64,000 bases of DNA from Nitrososphaerota archaeon (GTDB lineage: Archaea; Thermoproteota; Nitrososphaeria_A; Caldarchaeales; Calditenuaceae). The notes below the pieces were generated by a model that ran no database searches, was not told where the DNA came from, and worked only from the letters and a program-made list of their open reading frames with translations. The translations under genes and the position numbers were made by a program. Location of the stretch: the NCBI GenBank assembly GCA_038845265.1, contig JAWBQR010000006.1:56637-120636 (forward strand), read 5' to 3'. Positions 58,469 to 64,000 of this stretch are shown piece after piece. Within the stretch, counting starts at the first letter, position 1; the number at the start of each line of letters is the position of its first letter.

Positions 58469-59746
58469 CTAGAAGACTAGAACTTCAGGCTCTACTCTTC
58501 TTCCTTTTATGCCGAGTGAACTTACATTTATTCTTTCTCCACCGTAAAGTTCAGCGACAGGTTCATTTAGAAGTAAAGCTGTAACTATTCGGCCAATTGC
58601 GTCTGACTTCATAACTCCACTTCCGCTCCCGCCTGTAGCGACTATGAGGTTCAGCTCTTTAAAAATTATTGGGTTCTCATCTATAGTATTTATTGAGTAG
58701 CATCCTGCCCACATCGATTTTGGCCGTGCTCCTCTTAGTGACGGAAATATTTTTGACAAAATAGGAAGGATATTGTCATAGTAAAAATGCTCCTCAGGCT
58801 TATCATCTATCTTCCAAGGCCGGCCGATCTCATCGCTCATTCCCACCCAGAATTTTTTCTCTCTAACTCTTGGCACAATGAATGGTCCGCGTGGGATAAA
58901 TGTCATCGGTAAAGTATTGAAAGAATTAAATCCCTCAACATTGAAAAATTGATTTAACTCGCCAGTTGTATCGATGGAATATATCTGTCTCTTTTTTGGC
59001 TTTACATGTGCATCTATCCCGATAGGGTCAAGTAGTTCATTAATCCAGGCGCCGCTAGCTAATACCATCTTATCACCTTCAATTAGTCCTTTATTAGTCT
59101 CAGCTCCTACGAATTTCTTTTTCTGCCACGCGAGAGGCTCTCTAGGATGTCCAATACTGTTTAGTGGTTTTAATGCAAGTTTTTCAACCTTTGTATTGAA
59201 GAGGAACTCGACACCCATATCGACGAGTTGTTCATAGTAGTAATTGACTAGTTTCTCAACGTCTATATAGCCACTGAGAGGAGAATATAATGCAGTCGCT
59301 ATGTCTTTAAGTCCAAGTATCTCGGCTTCTTCATCGTCAGAAAATTTTAAATTGATAAAAGGTATCTTACGTGCCAGTTCTTCAGGGCTTAATAGCGTTG
59401 CGTAGCCCTTATACTGAATCGGCCTGACCATTTCGATAAACTTCTCGTAGTGATCTTTATCTAATAATATTAGGTAGCCTACTTGGCTAAGTCCTAAGTC
59501 GTAACCTGAGTTATGGAGATCAATAAGAAATGATGTGGTGGACTCAGACAGGACTCTGTTAAGATTGGACGTGAATAATCCCTTTCTAAAGCCTCCAACA
59601 CTCTTTGCTGTATTTCCCTGCCCAGGCCCGCTCTGAGAATCTATGACGATTATTTTATTATTTGCCCGCTTTGCATAATGATAAGCTGATGATAGTCCAA
59701 ATATACCTGCACCAATCACCAATAAATCATATACATCCTTTGTCAA
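58469..59746 (-). CDS. FAD-dependent oxidoreductase, DAO / proline dehydrogenase beta-like
   Basis: IGAGIFG, GNTAKSVGG, WAGCY and GSGSGVMK motifs. Confidence 0.82.
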   Translation of the reverse strand: MTKDVYDLLVIGAGIFGLSSAYHYAKRANNKIIVIDSQSGPGQGNTAKSVGGFRKGLFTSNLNRVLSESTTSFLIDLHNSGYDLGLSQVGYLILLDKDHYEKFIEMVRPIQYKGYATLLSPEELARKIPFINLKFSDDEEAEILGLKDIATALYSPLSGYIDVEKLVNYYYEQLVDMGVEFLFNTKVEKLALKPLNSIGHPREPLAWQKKKFVGAETNKGLIEGDKMVLASGAWINELLDPIGIDAHVKPKKRQIYSIDTTGELNQFFNVEGFNSFNTLPMTFIPRGPFIVPRVREKKFWVGMSDEIGRPWKIDDKPEEHFYYDNILPILSKIFPSLRGARPKSMWAGCYSINTIDENPIIFKELNLIVATGGSGSGVMKSDAIGRIVTALLLNEPVAELYGGERINVSSLGIKGRRVEPEVLVF

Positions 59747-59843
59747 ACTTAACTACTAATCATCAGTCTTAACACATATATAATTATATCCATTGGCACC
59801 TCACTCGTTTCATTTTTTCTGAAGAGACACCCTACATAGATTT

Positions 59844-60059
59844 ATGGTTGGTTTACTATTGAATAACGAAATGAAGAGGCGCGTAAGTCTCTACGATACA
59901 AATATGTGGAGATATTGTAGGAAATGCAATGAGTGGTATCATGTATGTGAGCTTAAGAAAGACAGGAGGGGCTCTTTAAGATGTAGTGTGTGCGGATTCC
60001 GGGTGAGGTTGAGAAGTAAGCATCCAAAAAAGACCATGGACGACCATAAAATCTCTTAA
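59844..60059 (+). CDS. Small CxxC...CxxC zinc-finger protein
   Basis: YCRKCNEW...CSVCGFRVR; basic; true start may be the internal ATG (MWRYC). Confidence 0.6.
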   Translation: MVGLLLNNEMKRRVSLYDTNMWRYCRKCNEWYHVCELKKDRRGSLRCSVCGFRVRLRSKHPKKTMDDHKIS

Positions 60060-60130
60060 GAGGATCTTGCAGAGATTCTACAGATATGCGAAACTTAAAA
60101 GACTAGTTAAGAATGTAATTTAATAAGGTA

Positions 60131-61336
60131 ATGGAGTTAGCAGGCATCGTTGGCAAGGCGAATGTCGGTAAAAGTACCTTATTCACCGCATTAACAATGG
60201 TTGATGTTCCTGCAGCTAACTTTCCATTCACTACGGTAAAGCCGAATAGAGGGATTACGTATCTGAGATATGAATGTGTATGTAAAGAGCTGGGAGTTAA
60301 GGATGAACCAGCTAACTCGTACTGCATTAATGGTGTTAGGCTAATCCCTATACAGATAATCGATTGTCCAGGGATAGTTAAAGGTGCGCATTCTGGACGA
60401 GGACTTGGGCTTCAGTTCCTAGACGAGATAAGGCAGGCCAATGCCTTAATAATAGTTGCGGACGCATCCGGGGGAACTGATAGTGATGGAAACCCCGTCG
60501 AGCCGGGTATGCATGACCCCGTTGAAGATGTTCTAATTGTTGAGGAAGAGATGGATAGATGGATGTTCAGTATTCTTCAGAGAGAATGGCCGAGGATAGC
60601 TAGAGCCTCAGAAGCCAAGCAAGTAGTCCTACATGAAGAGGTAGCTAGGCGATTCTCAGGCCTCGGAATAGATCCAGAGGCTGTACTAACTGCTGAGAGG
60701 CTTGCAGGACTTGATGGGTCGAGGCCAGTCAGCTGGAGAGAATCAGATATTCTTCTATTCATACATCATCTTAGAAGAGTCTCAAAGCCATTCATTGTGG
60801 CCGCGAACAAGGCAGACACTCCGACTGCAAAAAAGGGAATAGAAAAGCTTAGGTCAGCGGGATACGACGTCATTCCCTGCAGTGCTGAGGCTGAAAAGAC
60901 GCTCAGAAAAGCTGCTGAAAAAGGATACATCAAGTATAGGCCAGGCGACAGTAGTTTCGAGATTATTGCTCAGGATAAACTAACACCCGCACAGAAGACT
61001 GCCCTTGACAGAATAGCTGCATTCATGGAGAAATATGGAGGCACGGGTGTGCAGCAACTGATCGACAAGGCTTATTTAGAACTACTGGGTTACATCCCGG
61101 TCTATCCTGTCGAGGATCCTTATTCCTTAACTGATAGTAAAGGAAGAGTTCTACCAGATGTCTACCTAGTTAAGAAAGGCTCAACTCCTAGAGACTTGGC
61201 CTATAAGATCCACTCGGATCTCGGAGAAGCGTTCCTATATGCAATAGATGCCAAAACAAAAATGAGGCTTAGCACGGAATACCAGCTAAGGCCGAAGGAT
61301 ATAGTATCTATCATTTCAGCCAAGAAAAAGGCATAG
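60131..61336 (+). CDS. ychF: Obg-family YchF/OLA1-like ATPase (archaeal type) with TGS domain
   Basis: GKANVGKST, NFPFTT, DCPG, ANKAD, IHSDL. Confidence 0.9.
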   Translation: MELAGIVGKANVGKSTLFTALTMVDVPAANFPFTTVKPNRGITYLRYECVCKELGVKDEPANSYCINGVRLIPIQIIDCPGIVKGAHSGRGLGLQFLDEIRQANALIIVADASGGTDSDGNPVEPGMHDPVEDVLIVEEEMDRWMFSILQREWPRIARASEAKQVVLHEEVARRFSGLGIDPEAVLTAERLAGLDGSRPVSWRESDILLFIHHLRRVSKPFIVAANKADTPTAKKGIEKLRSAGYDVIPCSAEAEKTLRKAAEKGYIKYRPGDSSFEIIAQDKLTPAQKTALDRIAAFMEKYGGTGVQQLIDKAYLELLGYIPVYPVEDPYSLTDSKGRVLPDVYLVKKGSTPRDLAYKIHSDLGEAFLYAIDAKTKMRLSTEYQLRPKDIVSIISAKKKA

Positions 61337-61374
61337 TGATTTTGTCTTTTTATTATCGTTAGCTATATTATTAA

Positions 61375-62469
61375 TTGGTGTCCCGATTGGTTGGCAGTGA
61401 TGAATTAATCATAGATGGCTCGATCGGCGAGGGCGGGGGCCAGATTCTCAGAAATGTAATAGCGACTGCAGCACTTTTGGGAAGACCAGTTAGAGTCATT
61501 AATATTAGGGCTAAGAGAGATCCGCCTGGATTAAGGCCTCAACACTTGTCTGCCGTTAAAGGAATAGTTGAGATAACGAGAGGAGAAGTCAATGGGCTTA
61601 ACATCGGTTCAATGGAGATTTATTATAGTCCTGGAAAAGCAATGCCGGGAAAATATGTAATAGATGTTGGCACCGCTGGAAGCACTACTCTGATGCTCCA
61701 GTCATTATTACCCGTTATCTCCTTCGCTCCAGGAGAGGTTGAGCTATTATTAAAGGGAGGAACAAATAATCCGTGGGCACCGCCAATTGACTATATCCAG
61801 CATATCTTATTGCCGACCCTGAAAATGATGGGCGTAAACGCAGAGATAGAATTGATAAAAAGAGGATTTTATCCTAGAGGGATGGGTATAATCAAGGTAA
61901 AGTCAAGACCATTAACAACTCTAAATCCCATAAACATAACTAGTGGAAAACTATCCAGTGTAGAAATTTTAGCCTATACGTGTAATCTGCCAGAACATAT
62001 CTCAGAAAGGATGGGCGGAAGAGCTGCTGATCTCTTAAAGAAGAAAGGAATTAAGGACGTTGTTGTAAGAACGGAGGCTCTTCAAAGAGACAATCCCAAA
62101 TGCTCAATTGACCCAGGAGCAGGAATATTGATCGTTGTGCATCTTGATAGTGGCGTAAATATGGGTTTTGACGCACTTGGAGAAAGAGGTGTCCCAGCAG
62201 AGAAAGTAGCAGAAACTGCTGTGGAAGATATGATGAGGCAACTCTCTACTGGCGCCCCCATTGATAAGCATTTAGGAGACCAGCTAGTTATTTGGGTGGC
62301 ACTTGCTGACGGTGAATCCGTCTATAAAGTGACGGAACTCACAAGTCATACAATAACAGCAATCGAGATCTCTAAAAGGGTGTTGGGCGCATCATTTGAA
62401 TTAAACGGGACATTAGGAAGCTCTGCAACAATAAAATGCAGAGGTATAGGGTTAAAAGGAATGCATTAA
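61375..62469 (+). CDS. rtcA: RNA 3'-terminal phosphate cyclase
   Basis: GEGGGQILR, GLRPQH, TAGS, GGTN, RGFYPRG, DKHLGDQL. Confidence 0.93.
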   Translation: MVSRLVGSDELIIDGSIGEGGGQILRNVIATAALLGRPVRVINIRAKRDPPGLRPQHLSAVKGIVEITRGEVNGLNIGSMEIYYSPGKAMPGKYVIDVGTAGSTTLMLQSLLPVISFAPGEVELLLKGGTNNPWAPPIDYIQHILLPTLKMMGVNAEIELIKRGFYPRGMGIIKVKSRPLTTLNPINITSGKLSSVEILAYTCNLPEHISERMGGRAADLLKKKGIKDVVVRTEALQRDNPKCSIDPGAGILIVVHLDSGVNMGFDALGERGVPAEKVAETAVEDMMRQLSTGAPIDKHLGDQLVIWVALADGESVYKVTELTSHTITAIEISKRVLGASFELNGTLGSSATIKCRGIGLKGMH

Positions 62470-62480
62470 GTCTTACTAAA

Positions 62481-63200
62481 TTACTTTAAGGATATGTATG
62501 CCCTCTTATTTGTCTTCCCCTTATTCTCAAGTTTAACCAAGACTATCTCGCCGATTTCGCAAGTATTGCGGACATGCGGTCCTCCGTCTGCCTGAATGTC
62601 TAACCCAACGATTTCAACAACTCTTAGTACTGGAATATTCGGAGGTAGTCTTTCTGCAAGTTTTACTAAGCCTGGAGATGATAGAACTTTTTCTCGTTCC
62701 ATATAACTAATTCTCACTTCTCTACCTTTCTTTATTTCCTCATTAGCCTCACTTACACATTCCTCGAATATCTTTCTATCAAAATTCGCCAGACCAAAGT
62801 CTACTCTAGCTATTTCAGGAGTAACGTTATTACCAGTTACTAAAGCATTAGTTTTGCTGATAACTACTGATGCTAATACATGGAGGGCAGTGTGCATTCT
62901 CATTATTTTGTATCTCTTCTCCCAATTAATTTGCCCACGGACGTACTCATCTACGCTTGGCAAGCTTCCTTCAAGTATGTGTATAACACCCTTTTCATCC
63001 ATTAATGCCTCTTTAACTTGTGATTGTCCACTTGAATGGATTATCACACCGCTGTCAGATACTAATCCTCCACCCCTGGGATGAAAAGCAGTTCTGTCAA
63101 GTATCACACCACCATCAATGATCTCCAATACCCTAGCATCAAAATTCACTAGGTATGAATCGTCAAGATACAGAAGCTCCGTAGCTCCCTGTTTTAGCAT
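62481..63200 (-). CDS. alaX: Alanyl-tRNA editing protein AlaX-M
   Basis: LYLDDSY, TAFHPRGGG, MRMHTALH, QADGGPHV. Confidence 0.9.
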   Translation of the reverse strand: MLKQGATELLYLDDSYLVNFDARVLEIIDGGVILDRTAFHPRGGGLVSDSGVIIHSSGQSQVKEALMDEKGVIHILEGSLPSVDEYVRGQINWEKRYKIMRMHTALHVLASVVISKTNALVTGNNVTPEIARVDFGLANFDRKIFEECVSEANEEIKKGREVRISYMEREKVLSSPGLVKLAERLPPNIPVLRVVEIVGLDIQADGGPHVRNTCEIGEIVLVKLENKGKTNKRAYISLK

Positions 63201-63289
63201 GATAACTACTTGTTTAATCCTACTAAAAAATTTACTTTAAGTAATCTTGCTGTAAAGCATTATAAACTAGTATTTTCTAAATCTTACAG

Positions 63290-64000
63290 ATGTCTCTCAA
63301 TAGTTTTGATAGAATAATCATCTTTGTTATTTTAAGTTTCATTATTCTGCTTTCGCTAAATTTGAATGATGTCTATGGGCAGCCAGCTCCTTGGCCTCTT
63401 AAGATAATAATTGAGCCGAAGGAGTATTATCTCGGCGAAGAAGGAGTAATAGTTCTAAACATTACTAACAATGCGTGTTCTGGCCGAGTCGATAAGAAGG
63501 ATATTATGTCTTGGACGAATCAAGAGAAATCAGTTACAGATCCATTCGTTAAGAGAGCCGAAGAGATGATTTCTGAGGGTCGGCTACTAGCCTATACACT
63601 TATAAGCGAAGAGCAGTACGTCGTAGGAGACAAGGAATATGGCAACTATAAACTGAGCCTTTATGGCGTATGTGTAGGAGAGCCGATTGAGATACGGTCA
63701 GTCGCTATCTGGTTTTCTTGGAAGGGATTTGGAAGAGCATTAATCTCTTCCATCGAAAGAGAGGCAAAGCTGAAAGCCTTTGACGCAGCATACTACATAA
63801 TTAACGGTCAAGATACGGGATCATCAATCGTCGTAGAAATTGTCTTTCCATTCCCCTCTACTCTTCCTCCAGAACTTGTGCCAACGGATCCAGTAGTGCC
63901 CAATATTGAGGTTACAATGCGCCTCCCCTCTGGCACCATTTGGACATTTGACAGGGGATTTAAGGTCAATGGAGGCCTGACGATAATTCCTAGCAGAACA
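63290..64000 (+). CDS. Hypothetical exported protein (partial, runs off window; not in ORF track)
   Basis: ATG 63290 opens 237 stop-free codons to the window end: MSLNSFDRIIIFVILSFIILLSLNLNDVYG (signal-like) QPAPWPLKIIIEPKEYYLGEEG...; TTATAAA upstream. Confidence 0.75.
   Translation, partial: MSLNSFDRIIIFVILSFIILLSLNLNDVYGQPAPWPLKIIIEPKEYYLGEEGVIVLNITNNACSGRVDKKDIMSWTNQEKSVTDPFVKRAEEMISEGRLLAYTLISEEQYVVGDKEYGNYKLSLYGVCVGEPIEIRSVAIWFSWKGFGRALISSIEREAKLKAFDAAYYIINGQDTGSSIVVEIVFPFPSTLPPELVPTDPVVPNIEVTMRLPSGTIWTFDRGFKVNGGLTIIPSRT

Noticed and set aside
62570-62595. AlaX Zn motif DGGPH instead of CGGTH as a novel or inactive variant
   Set aside because: To my recollection the Asp variant occurs in other archaeal AlaX-M proteins, and HxxxH is intact; not treated as novel.
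1-64000. CRISPR arrays, IS elements, inteins, rRNA
   Set aside because: No regularly spaced repeats, transposase motifs, oversized intein-bearing ORFs or long non-coding GC-rich stretches were seen.

Overview
Gene-dense archaeal chromosome segment. Evidence: archaeal PheT, DtdA, FEN1 with PIP box, CDC48, archease, the Tes tetraether synthase, TATA-type promoters and two tRNAs with BHB-type introns. The gene content suggests a TACK-group lineage, possibly Aigarchaeota/Nitrososphaeria-like; that placement is an inference. Most of the window is housekeeping and metabolic genes. The main feature is a ~15.6 kb [NiFe]-hydrogenase island (23375-39012). It encodes two QmoC-like membrane ferredoxin/cytochrome-b proteins, two unequal HdrA paralogues, MvhD-MvhG-MvhA (group 3c), a maturation protease, HypD, a HypC fused to a hot-dog thioesterase, HypE and HypF, plus divergent HypA and an Mrp-type ATPase. 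No HdrB is present in the window. Other notable items: a P-loop NTPase between thiW and thiDN; an A8-homopolymer frameshift in a 5-formyl-THF cyclo-ligase-like gene; a perfect 31-bp DtxR-type operator palindrome; a 60-nt near-identical repeat between the two AAA modules of cdc48; and a 54-aa Cys/His microprotein missed by the ORF track. No CRISPR array, transposase, integrase or rRNA was seen.
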